DNA of 11,067 nucleotides, taken from contig JAYZBQ010000011.1 of NCBI GenBank assembly GCA_036338695.1, positions 1 to 11,067 of the forward strand, read 5' to 3'. The notes under the pieces are model-generated. The model had not been told where the DNA came from. It did no database searches and saw only the letters and a list, made by a program, of their open reading frames with translations. This DNA is from Myxococcota bacterium. GTDB lineage: Bacteria; Myxococcota; UBA4151. The first letter of the stretch is position 1, and the number at the start of each line of letters is the position of its first letter. Positions 1 through 7,783 of the stretch are shown in pieces. The translations under genes were made by a program, and so were the position numbers.

Positions 1-1991
1 GCCTCGGGCTCGAGCAGTTCGCCCCGGCTGGCGCCCGCTTTCAGGCTGCTCAAGAGGTGGGCGGGGAGCTTTGAGAAGCTCAGCTTAGGTGGGAGGTCGA
101 GCAGCTGTTGTAGGCACGAGCGGTAGGTCGTCACGACGTCAGCGATGAGTCGCGACCAGGTGTGAGCGAGCCGAGCGCTGCGCAGGTCGGTCGCTAACTG
201 ATAGCTGTCATCATGTGTTGTAAGGGCGCCAGCGGCGGCAAGCTGGGCTTCTGCTCGCTGTCGGTTCGCCTCGAGCCCATCGAGCGGGAAGACAAAGTCA
301 TGCCGAAGCAGGCTTGACAAGAACTCCAGCCGGTCATGCACCGCATCTTTGGGTGCCACGCCCTGTTCATCCGCCTCACGCTCCACGGAGCGCAGGAGCA
401 GGGCGCCGCAGACAAAGGGGTGAAGACTCTGATTGCGCATGTACACGAGCTTACCGCGTAGGTGCGGAGGCACGCGCCACAAGCCAGGCGGGAAACGCTG
501 AATCAACTCGCTGCGCGCAAAAAATCGAAGGGTATCTCTGACGGACTGCTCGAGGTCGTCTTTGAGCTCTTCACTGAGCCGAACGGAGGTGGACGCTGCC
601 TCTGCGAGTTTGCGGCAGCGGCTGGTGATCTCTTCGCGACTCAGGGCGCGCTCCTCGGAGGCGAGCAAAACACCGGCGACCAAACCGCTGGCGTCCACTT
701 CGCCCGCTTCCGCAATCCCACCGAGGACCTTGTAGGCGAGCCGCCGAGTGACCCTGCGCCGCTGGTCTGGGTCATCGAGGTCGAGCCCCTCGGCTCGGAT
801 GAACGCGCCGAGCTGGACCGGCGCGCCAAAGCGGACGCTCATCTTCCCAAACTCGTTGGCGAGCAGGCGCGGGAGCTTGAGGAGGTCCAGGCTGCTCTCT
901 TTGCGCTTTTTTGCCCCATCTCGCTCGGCGAGGTGCGCGTCGATCTCTGGGACCTTTTCGTACGTGATGTCGACGGGGATAAAGGCGGCTGTCGCCAGCG
1001 CATCCGGCGCCGCCTGATAGGCGTCGATCACCGAGCCCACCATACCGAAGCGCGGCGGCATGCATTTACCGGTTCGGCTGCGCGTGCCCTCAGGAAAGAA
1101 TTCGATGCTGACGCCGGCTAGGAGGAGGTGGCGTAGGTAGGCGGCGAAGGTCGAGCGGTAGAGCGGGTCGTCGCGGAAGCTACGGCGAATGTAGAAGGCC
1201 CCGCCGCCACGGAACATGCGCCCAAGCGGAAAGATGTTCAGATTCTCGCCCGCTGCGACCAGCGGAGGGATCATCCCAGCGCTGACCAGGACGTAGCTCA
1301 GGACGAGGTAGTCGACGTGCGAGCGGTGTGAGGGACAGAAGATCAAGGGGCCGGAGCGAGCCGTCTCGCGCAGCGCCTCGAGCTCTGCCTGTCGTAGATC
1401 CAGACCAGCAAACATCGTGTTGAAAATACGGTCCAACATGGTCGCGAATCCGCGCACGATGCGCTTGTTCTGTTTGGCTGCCATCTCGAGGACCATCTCT
1501 CGCACGAGGATGCGATCCTCCTCACTGTCCGGAGCTACCTCCACCGCAATCGCTGCGGCGAGCGCTTTGGGGGTCAGGTCGCCTGCGCTCACGTGGAGGC
1601 GCTGCTCACGCTCGAGCCGGTCGCGGACCTCGTGAAGCGCCGCTTCGACATCGTCAACGACGCGGACCCCGTGTCCGATCCCGAGCCGCTCGCCCTTCTG
1701 CAGCAGCGGGTTGGTGAAGCTCTCGAGCAGATGCTGCCCGAGCCAGTCGTGGGTCAAGGTCGCAGGCAAAGCCGTTCCGCCGGTCGCCGCGGCGAGCTCG
1801 CCTCGCAGGCGCGGACCTTCGCCGACCATCCGAACGCGCTTGAGATCCTCCGGCCCGACAAGGTCACCGATCACCTGCCTCAAGCGCTTGAGCAGCCCGG
1901 CGTCGAGGCGCTCAAAGACGAGGAGCGTCCTGCCCCGAGCGAGCGCCTCTCGCAGCCGCCGCTCGCTCGCTTGATCGATCCGCAGTTTCAT
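1..1991 (-). CDS. plsB: Glycerol-3-phosphate 1-O-acyltransferase (PlsB/GPAT family), 3' end truncated by window edge (>=663 aa)
   Basis: I read the minus frame by hand: it is open from ATG at 1991 (GGAG about 5 nt upstream; alternative ATG at 2012; in-frame stop at 2019-2021) to the window start. It contains all four acyltransferase blocks: CPSHRSHVDY (HX4D, about 1311-1337), AGENL...GAFYIRRSF, IEFFPEGTRSRTGK (about 1065-1106) and FIPVDITYEKV. A long PlsB-like C-terminal region follows. It is absent from the ORF track because no stop lies inside the window. Confidence 0.9.
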   Translation of the reverse strand, partial: MKLRIDQASERRLREALARGRTLLVFERLDAGLLKRLRQVIGDLVGPEDLKRVRMVGEGPRLRGELAAATGGTALPATLTHDWLGQHLLESFTNPLLQKGERLGIGHGVRVVDDVEAALHEVRDRLEREQRLHVSAGDLTPKALAAAIAVEVAPDSEEDRILVREMVLEMAAKQNKRIVRGFATMLDRIFNTMFAGLDLRQAELEALRETARSGPLIFCPSHRSHVDYLVLSYVLVSAGMIPPLVAAGENLNIFPLGRMFRGGGAFYIRRSFRDDPLYRSTFAAYLRHLLLAGVSIEFFPEGTRSRTGKCMPPRFGMVGSVIDAYQAAPDALATAAFIPVDITYEKVPEIDAHLAERDGAKKRKESSLDLLKLPRLLANEFGKMSVRFGAPVQLGAFIRAEGLDLDDPDQRRRVTRRLAYKVLGGIAEAGEVDASGLVAGVLLASEERALSREEITSRCRKLAEAASTSVRLSEELKDDLEQSVRDTLRFFARSELIQRFPPGLWRVPPHLRGKLVYMRNQSLHPFVCGALLLRSVEREADEQGVAPKDAVHDRLEFLSSLLRHDFVFPLDGLEANRQRAEAQLAAAGALTTHDDSYQLATDLRSARLAHTWSRLIADVVTTYRSCLQQLLDLPPKLSFSKLPAHLLSSLKAGASRGELLEPE

Positions 1992-2052
1992 ACGCTCTCC
2001 ACGCCCCACCATGGCCTCTTACGAGGGCGCCGAAAAGGACCAAGCAGCTTTC

Positions 2053-2082
2053 TTGCCGAGAGCCACCTAGGTAGGCTACAAG
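2053..2082 (+). promoter_or_regulatory. Possible sigma70-type promoter for the FHA/MBL unit (TTGCCG-N18-TACAAG)
   Basis: -35-like TTGCCG at 2053-2058 and -10-like (GC)TACAAG at 2077-2082 in the divergent plsB/FHA intergenic region. The spacer contains the palindrome ACCTAGGT (2065-2072). Motif resemblance only. Confidence 0.25.
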
Positions 2083-2115
2083 GTGAGCCGTGCGGTGAAC
2101 TTGTTGGGGGCGTCG

Positions 2116-2496
2116 ATGCCACCAGTCATCAGTGATACCACGGTTTTCGTGGACGAGCTGGCGAATCAGACGACGGGTGTGTCGCTGATCGCCGAGGTTC
2201 GACTGGTCGACGGGAGTGGTTTGGTGGCGCCGCCCATGGAGGTGCGCACCACCCCCTTCATTATGGGGCGTGGAACGGACGCAAGCCTTTGCGTCGCTGA
2301 CGACCAGGTATCGAGGCATCACTGCCAGATCGATCGCGAGGGCGGAAATTACGTGATCCGCGACCTCGGCAGCACCAACGGTACGTTCCTCAACGGCGTG
2401 CGCGTGCTGTTGTGTCGACTTCATCCGGGTGACCAGCTGCAGATCGGGTCGTCTCAGATTCTCTTTAGCTTAGGGTATCGTTTCGGTGGCCAGTAA
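2116..2496 (+). CDS. Stand-alone FHA (phosphothreonine-binding) domain protein, about 126 aa
   Basis: FHA motifs MGRG, VSRHHC, IRDLGSTNGTFLNG and LHPGDQLQIG. ATG at 2116, preceded by GGGGG at 2106-2110, is preferred over GTG at 2083. Confidence 0.9.
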   Translation: MPPVISDTTVFVDELANQTTGVSLIAEVRLVDGSGLVAPPMEVRTTPFIMGRGTDASLCVADDQVSRHHCQIDREGGNYVIRDLGSTNGTFLNGVRVLLCRLHPGDQLQIGSSQILFSLGYRFGGQ

Positions 2497-3373
2497 GTTC
2501 AAACTTCGGTTTTGGGGCACCAGAGGCTCCATCGCAACGCCAGGCGCTGAGACGGCTCGGTACGGGGGTAACACCACCTGTGTGGAGATGCTCGTTGGGG
2601 ATGAGCGCCTGATCTTCGACGCCGGCACAGGCATCCGTGATCTGGGTGACCTGATGATGTCTGAGCGCCCCGATGGCGGGCACGCATCGCTGTTTTTCAG
2701 CCACACCCACTGGGACCACATTCAGGGCTTCCCGTTCTTTGGACCAGCCTACCACCCAGGCTTCTCGTTGCATATTTACGGCGACGCCGAGAGCCGCTCG
2801 AACGTCCGTGATCTGCTCGATGCGCAGATGCAGCAGGCGTATTTCCCGGTGCCTTTTGAGGCGCTGCAAGGGCGGATCGACTTCCTTGAGATCGGCGAGC
2901 AGGGGCATCGTATCGGCGACGCCGTCGTGCGGACCATGTCCGGCGCGCATCCCGGCGGCGTGACGATCTATCGCGTGGACTACAACGGCGCCTCGGCGGT
3001 GTTTTGCACGGACAGTGAGATCGACCTGATGCTTTTGGCGGGCGGGGTCGAGCATCCGAACATCGGGCGCGTCTTTCCGGATGACCTGCTTCGGTTTCTT
3101 CATGGCGTGGACGTTCTAGTGATCGACTGCCAGTACACCGACGAATTGTATCGCCTACGGCGGAACTGGGGCCACCCCTCGGTGGGGACCGTCGTCGCGC
3201 TGGCGGCGCAGGCTCAAGTTGGCCGGGTCTTTTTGACCCACCACGACCCGAGCCACGACGACGAGACGATCACCGCAAAGGTGGAAGATGCGGCGCTCCG
3301 ATTGTCCATGTTGAGTCCGACGGGCCTCGTGCACGGTGCGCGCGAGGGAATGGTAATCGCCGTCGATCAATAG
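2486..3373 (+). CDS. MBL-fold metallo-hydrolase (TaR3-like / RNase Z-like phosphodiesterase group)
   Basis: N-terminus FWGTRGSIATPG...YGGNTTC, DAGTG, HxHxDH motif SHTHWDHIQG, HPGG, TDSE, DCQY, WGH and THHDP. Its GTG start overlaps the FHA gene by 11 nt. Confidence 0.9.
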   Translation: MASKFKLRFWGTRGSIATPGAETARYGGNTTCVEMLVGDERLIFDAGTGIRDLGDLMMSERPDGGHASLFFSHTHWDHIQGFPFFGPAYHPGFSLHIYGDAESRSNVRDLLDAQMQQAYFPVPFEALQGRIDFLEIGEQGHRIGDAVVRTMSGAHPGGVTIYRVDYNGASAVFCTDSEIDLMLLAGGVEHPNIGRVFPDDLLRFLHGVDVLVIDCQYTDELYRLRRNWGHPSVGTVVALAAQAQVGRVFLTHHDPSHDDETITAKVEDAALRLSMLSPTGLVHGAREGMVIAVDQ

Positions 3374-3401
3374 TCCGGGAATATTCGTGGTCATCCCGTG
3401 C

Positions 3402-3429
3402 TTGCTAAAACGTAAAACCTGTGGATAGT
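3402..3429 (+). promoter_or_regulatory. Possible sigma70-type promoter for the oxidase operon (TTGCTA-N16-GATAGT)
   Basis: Locally AT-rich patch in the 128-nt intergenic gap: TTGCTA at 3402-3407, GATAGT at 3424-3429, and a TAAAAC direct repeat overlapping the -35 box and spacer. Motif resemblance only. Confidence 0.3.
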
Positions 3430-3501
3430 GGGGGCGCCGAAAGAGCCGAGCGAGCGACCGCTGTGTGCTCGCCTGACGCACTCTCACGGCCGGAGATGAT
3501 C

Positions 3502-4572
3502 ATGAACGTGTTGAAGCGCTGCTCGTTGTTCTTCGCATCATGGATGCTCGCCGCCTGCGGTTACGATAACCGCCAAAGCGGTGTGGATCCGATGTCTGAC
3601 ACCACGCGCATGAGCGACGATCTGTACAACTTCATCTTGTGGATCGACGTCGCCATGGCTGTTGGCGTGACGATCGTCCTGTTCTACGCCCTGTGGAAGT
3701 TCCGCTACCGGGGTGAGACGGAGCGCCCGAAACAAGTCCATGGGCACCTGGTTGCTGAGGTCAGCTGGACCATAGCGCCAGTGTTTATCTTGGTGGCGAT
3801 TATGGTGCCCACCGTTCAGACCATCTTCGCCCAGCAGAGCGCACCGCCAGCCGATGCGCTGCATATCAAGGTGATTGGTAAGCAGTGGTGGTGGGAGTAC
3901 GAGTACGCCGACAGCGGTGTGGTTGTGGGCAACGAGCTGCACGTCCCCGCTGGTAAGCCCGTCTACCTCGACATGGTCTCGACCGACGTTATCCACTCGT
4001 GGTGGGCTCCGAAACTGACCGGTAAGCGAGACGTCAACTCGTGGCAGCGCACCTTCCTCCAGTTCACGGCAGACAAACCGGGGACCTACTGGGGGCAATG
4101 CGTCGAGTATTGCGGTGATTCGCACTCGCTGATGCGGATCAAGGTGATCGTTGATAAGCCAGAAGACTTTGACAAGTGGCTGGCGCATCAGAAGAAGGAC
4201 GTCGTGGTCCAGCCGGAGCCTGAGGTGAAGGCGGCGCTGGCGCAGTGCTTTACCTGCCACAGCATGCGCGGCGTGCTCGCAGAGGGCGCACCGGTGGTGC
4301 GGACGCAGCGTAGCGGGCCGGACCTGACCCACCTAGCGAGCCGTACGACGCTGTTCGCGGACCTCAAGGACTTCTCGGTCGAGCACATCAAGACGTGGCT
4401 GCGCGACCCACGCAGCATGAAGGCAGGGGTCCGGATGCCGGGTGCTCAGCCGATCGATGCGGCGGCTTATCCGTCGGTTGCGGATGACCCCGTACGCGGG
4501 ATCGATTCGAAGTTGAACCTGAGTGATGAACTCATTGAGAAGGTCGCCAGCTACCTGGCGTCGCTGAAATAA
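3502..4572 (+). CDS. ctaC: Cytochrome c oxidase subunit II, caa3 type (lipoprotein; CuA domain plus fused C-terminal cytochrome c), 356 aa
   Basis: ATG at 3502 with GGAG 6 nt upstream; lipobox LAA-C; two TM helices with EVSWT (K-channel entry Glu); QWWWEYEY; CuA ligands HSWW and CVEYCGDSHSLM (4099-4134); heme c motif CFTCH (4246-4260), GPDLTH and distal Met in RMPG. Confidence 0.96.
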   Translation: MNVLKRCSLFFASWMLAACGYDNRQSGVDPMSDTTRMSDDLYNFILWIDVAMAVGVTIVLFYALWKFRYRGETERPKQVHGHLVAEVSWTIAPVFILVAIMVPTVQTIFAQQSAPPADALHIKVIGKQWWWEYEYADSGVVVGNELHVPAGKPVYLDMVSTDVIHSWWAPKLTGKRDVNSWQRTFLQFTADKPGTYWGQCVEYCGDSHSLMRIKVIVDKPEDFDKWLAHQKKDVVVQPEPEVKAALAQCFTCHSMRGVLAEGAPVVRTQRSGPDLTHLASRTTLFADLKDFSVEHIKTWLRDPRSMKAGVRMPGAQPIDAAAYPSVADDPVRGIDSKLNLSDELIEKVASYLASLK

Positions 4573-4590
4573 GAAGAAGGGGACTGTACA

Positions 4591-6402
4591 ATGAGCGCTG
4601 AAGCAGCAGCATGGCATTACGATCCCGACGCACCTCCTCCCACAGGAATCTGGAGCTGGATCACCACCGTCGATCATAAGCGCATCGGGATCCTCTATGG
4701 GGTGAGCGCACTCGTGTTCTTCCTCATCGGGGGCTTAGAAGCCCTGATCATCCGCTCGCAGCTCGCCATGCCCGATGGCAGCGTCGTGAGCTTGGCGACC
4801 TACAATCAGATGTTTACGATGCACGGGACGACCATGGTCTTTCTCGTGGTCATGCCGGGCGCTGCGGCGTTCTTCAACTATCTGATTCCGCTGCAGATCG
4901 GGGCGCGCGACGTCGCCTTTCCTCGGCTGAACTCGTTCTCGTACTGGTCCTTCCTTGCGGGTGGCTTGATCCTGAACTTCGGCTGGTTGATCGGCAGCGC
5001 TCCGGCGATGTCGTGGGTGGGCTACGCGCCCATTACCACCGCAGGCTACACCGACGTTGGGACGGACCTATGGATCGTCGGGCTTACCTTCTTGGCGGTC
5101 GCCTCGACGGCTGCGTCGGTGAACTTCATCGTCACGATCCTGAACTTCCGGGCACCGGGCATGACGATGATGCGCATGCCGGTCTTTACCTGGATGACCT
5201 TAGTCGTTCAGTTCCTGCTCCTCTTGAGCTTCCCGCCGGTGGTCATCGGCCTGATCCTGACCTTGTTTGATCGGAACTTCGGCACGGCGTTCTATAACGT
5301 GGTGGCGGGTGGTGACCCCGAGCTGTATCAGCACCTCTTCTGGCTGTTTGGACACCCCGAGGTCTATGTGCTGATCCTGCCGTCGATGGGCATCGTATCC
5401 GAGATTCTCCCCGTCGCTTCACGCAAGCCACTCTTCGGGGCAGCCTTCGTGATCTTCTCGGGGGTGCTCATCGGTTTCCTCGGCTTCGGTGTCTGGGCGC
5501 ACCACATGTTCACGGCGGGCATGGGCGCTGTAGCGGACGCCGCCTTCTCGGTGACGACGATGCTGATCGCGGTCCCGACTGGGGTGAAGATCTTCAACTG
5601 GATCGGTACGATCTGGGGTGGACAGTTCAAGTTCAACACGGCGTCGCTGTTCGCGGCGGCGTTCATCTTTGAGTTCACGATCGGTGGCGTGACGGGGATC
5701 ATGCACGCCTCGCCGCCCGTCGACCTCCAGCAGCACGACACGTACTTCATCGTGGCGCACTTCCACTACGTCCTGTTCGGCGGCGCGATCTTTGGGCTCT
5801 TTGCAGGCGTGTACTTCTGGTTCCCGAAGATGTCTGGGCGCTTCCTTAGCGAGAAGATGGGGATGTGGCACTTCTGGACGACGATGATCGGGATGAACCT
5901 GACCTTCTTCCCGATGCACTTCCTGGGGCTGCAAGGCATGCCGCGTCGTATCGCCACCTACAAGGGCGGCGCCTACGAATGGGCGAACACGAACATGGCG
6001 GTGACCATCGGGGCGTTTATCCTCGGGCTCTCGACGCTGATCTTTGTGTACAACATGATCGTGAGCGCCAAGAACGGCGAGGAAGCCGGCGCAGACCCGT
6101 GGGATGGCTCGACGCTTGAGTGGGCGACTCAGAGCCCGCCGGTCATCCACAACTTCGATCAGATCCCGTCGGTCAACTCAGAGGTGCCGATGTGGGACGT
6201 GAAGTACGGTGATTGGAAGCTGCCTGAGGGGCGTGAAGAGAACATGCACATGCCGCCTCCAAGCTACTGGCCGGCGCTGCTCGGTTTAGGCGCTGTGCTC
6301 GCTGTTTGCGGTATCATGGCGTTCCCGATGCCATTTATTACGATTGCAGGCGTCCTGCTGGTGGTTTTCTCGATCATCGGCTGGGTCGTCGAGCCGGTCT
6401 AG
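4591..6402 (+). CDS. ctaD: Cytochrome c oxidase subunit I, family A1, with two extra C-terminal helices
   Basis: DHKRIG (D-channel Asp), MHGTTM, WLFGHPEVY (A1 signature, His-Tyr crosslink pair, 5353-5367), WAHHMF, PTGVKIFNW (K-channel Lys), HDTYFIVAHFHY and GMPRR. Confidence 0.98.
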   Translation: MSAEAAAWHYDPDAPPPTGIWSWITTVDHKRIGILYGVSALVFFLIGGLEALIIRSQLAMPDGSVVSLATYNQMFTMHGTTMVFLVVMPGAAAFFNYLIPLQIGARDVAFPRLNSFSYWSFLAGGLILNFGWLIGSAPAMSWVGYAPITTAGYTDVGTDLWIVGLTFLAVASTAASVNFIVTILNFRAPGMTMMRMPVFTWMTLVVQFLLLLSFPPVVIGLILTLFDRNFGTAFYNVVAGGDPELYQHLFWLFGHPEVYVLILPSMGIVSEILPVASRKPLFGAAFVIFSGVLIGFLGFGVWAHHMFTAGMGAVADAAFSVTTMLIAVPTGVKIFNWIGTIWGGQFKFNTASLFAAAFIFEFTIGGVTGIMHASPPVDLQQHDTYFIVAHFHYVLFGGAIFGLFAGVYFWFPKMSGRFLSEKMGMWHFWTTMIGMNLTFFPMHFLGLQGMPRRIATYKGGAYEWANTNMAVTIGAFILGLSTLIFVYNMIVSAKNGEEAGADPWDGSTLEWATQSPPVIHNFDQIPSVNSEVPMWDVKYGDWKLPEGREENMHMPPPSYWPALLGLGAVLAVCGIMAFPMPFITIAGVLLVVFSIIGWVVEPV

Positions 6403-6411
6403 GAGCAGAAC

Positions 6412-7026
6412 ATGGCTGCACATGGTGATTTACCGATCGGACACAGCCCTGAGGGGACCAGCCTCAACGTCCCCACGCTTAAGCTGGCGTGGTGGACCTT
6501 CCTGTCCTCGGAGTGCATGTTCTTTGGGTCGCTGCTTGCGACCTACTTCTCGCTGAAGAAGAACCGCATCACGGGCGAGCCGACGCCGCAAGAGATCTTC
6601 GCAATCGACATGACCTCGATCTCGACCTTTGTGTTGCTGGCGAGCTCGTACCTGATGGTGCTGGCGGTCGACGCCGTCGCCAAGGGCGACATGAAGAAAA
6701 CCAAGCTCTGGCTGCTGGGTACGGCATTCTTCGGGCTGATCTTCATCGGCTTTCAGGCTTATGAGTTCACCGAGTTCTACGGGCTCGGCTTGACGCTGAC
6801 GTCGGGAACCTTTGGGTCGACCTTCTTCACGCTGACCGGCTTTCACGGCTTCCACGTGTGCATCGGCATCGTGTGGTTGCTTGGGCTGTACAGCCTGGCT
6901 GTGACCGGTTGGCTCACCGAAAAAAGGGCGCTCACGGTCGAGGTGGCGGGCTTGTACTGGCACTTCGTGGACATTGTCTGGATTGTGATCTTCACGATCG
7001 TCTACCTTGTGGAGTACGTCCAATGA
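6412..7026 (+). CDS. ctaE: Cytochrome c oxidase subunit III (short, 5-TM form)
   Basis: AGGAG RBS; WTFLSSECMFF, TFVLLASS, QAYEF, FFTLTGFHGFHV and LYWHFVDIVWIVIF. Confidence 0.96.
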   Translation: MAAHGDLPIGHSPEGTSLNVPTLKLAWWTFLSSECMFFGSLLATYFSLKKNRITGEPTPQEIFAIDMTSISTFVLLASSYLMVLAVDAVAKGDMKKTKLWLLGTAFFGLIFIGFQAYEFTEFYGLGLTLTSGTFGSTFFTLTGFHGFHVCIGIVWLLGLYSLAVTGWLTEKRALTVEVAGLYWHFVDIVWIVIFTIVYLVEYVQ

Positions 7027-7676
7027 GCGGCAACGATCACGCACACGGCTCGGTCAAGCAGTACACCATCCTGATCGTGATCCTCGCGGTCGTCACCTTC
7101 GTGGAGTGGCAAGCGCTGCCGGGGATGATCTTCTACTCGGAGGCGCTCGATAAGTCGGGTGTCCTAAAACCCCTGCTGATCATCATGTCGGCGGGTAAGT
7201 TCTTTGCGGTCGTGTTCTACTACATGCACCTGCGCTTCGATGACGCCATCTTCCGGCGGCTGTTTCTCGGGGTGCTCTCGCTGGCGTTTGTCTGCGTGAT
7301 GGTGGTGATGGCGGTGCTCAAGGCGCTGCCGGGTTCGGCGCATGACATGGGCCGAGTGGATCTGATCCGACCGGTACCGCCTGAGATCGCAGCCGCACGT
7401 GCCGCCACCAAGGTGGAGCGTACCGGGGAGCAGATCTACTCGTTGGTGTGTGTCGCCTGTCACCAAGCGAACGGTAGCGGTATGGTCGGTGAGACGCGGC
7501 TAGCGGCGAACCTGAGCGACCCGGCGATCTGGGCTGAGGGTGACGAGCACCTGATCGACAACATCACCAACGGGGTGGTCGGCGACATCGGCGCCATGCC
7601 GGCTCAAAAGGGCGTGTTGAGCGAGACGGAGATCAAGAACGTCTACGCCTACATCAAAGAGACGTATAAGAAATAA
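7023..7676 (+). CDS. ctaF: Cytochrome c oxidase subunit IV (CtaF/CyoD-like, 3 TM) fused to a C-terminal class I monoheme cytochrome c, 217 aa
   Basis: ATGA overlap with the subunit III stop sets the start at 7023, not 6858. It shows a His-rich N-terminus, Y..LAVVTFVE, KFFAVVFYYMHLRFD (subunit IV motif) and a third TM helix. A linker then leads to GEQIY..CVACH (7449-7463), AMPA (Met at 7596) and LSETEIKNVYAYI. Confidence 0.88.
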   Translation: MSGNDHAHGSVKQYTILIVILAVVTFVEWQALPGMIFYSEALDKSGVLKPLLIIMSAGKFFAVVFYYMHLRFDDAIFRRLFLGVLSLAFVCVMVVMAVLKALPGSAHDMGRVDLIRPVPPEIAAARAATKVERTGEQIYSLVCVACHQANGSGMVGETRLAANLSDPAIWAEGDEHLIDNITNGVVGDIGAMPAQKGVLSETEIKNVYAYIKETYKK

Positions 7677-7695
7677 AGCCGGCGAACCGATCGTT

Positions 7696-7738
7696 GGAAC
7701 AACGGACTCCAAGTACTTACTTGGAGTTCTTTGTTTTT
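7696..7738 (+). terminator. Rho-independent terminator after the oxidase structural genes
   Basis: Perfect 9-bp stem ACTCCAAGT (7706-7714) / ACTTGGAGT (7719-7727) with a 4-nt loop. It extends by G-U and G-C pairs and further to AACAA/TTGTT, and is followed by the U-rich tract TCTTTGTTTTT. Confidence 0.8.
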
Positions 7739-7754
7739 GCCGCGTCACCTTTCG

Positions 7755-7783
7755 TTGAACCCGCGCCCGAGGAGCGCTAGAGG
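7755..7783 (+). promoter_or_regulatory. Possible internal sigma70-type promoter for the assembly genes (TTGAAC-N17-TAGAGG)
   Basis: TTGAAC at 7755-7760, exactly 17 nt of spacer, then (GC)TAGAGG at 7778-7783. It lies just downstream of the terminator and upstream of the AGGAG RBS at 7803-7807. The -10 box lacks the final T. Confidence 0.4.

Noticed and set aside
462..2135. Plus-strand ORFs 462..1121 and 1593..2135, and other short ORFs in 194-2424
   Set aside because: The two long ones are exact codon-register antisense shadows of plsB. None has recognisable motifs.
2486..3373. Beta-lactam resistance or anti-phage nuclease role for the MBL protein
   Set aside because: There is no signal peptide, the motifs fit the TaR3/RNase Z-like group, and there is no defence or mobile-element context.
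3387..3406. Possible sigma54 promoter (TGG...TTGC)
   Set aside because: The GG-to-GC spacing is 9 or 13 nt, not the required 10.
3421..3501. GTG start at 3421 for subunit II
   Set aside because: ATG at 3502 has a well-spaced GGAG and gives a normal-length lipoprotein signal peptide.
6858..7022. 55-aa N-terminal extension of subunit IV in the ORF track
   Set aside because: It overlaps subunit III out of frame. The ATGA coupling at 7023 gives a normal subunit IV N-terminus.
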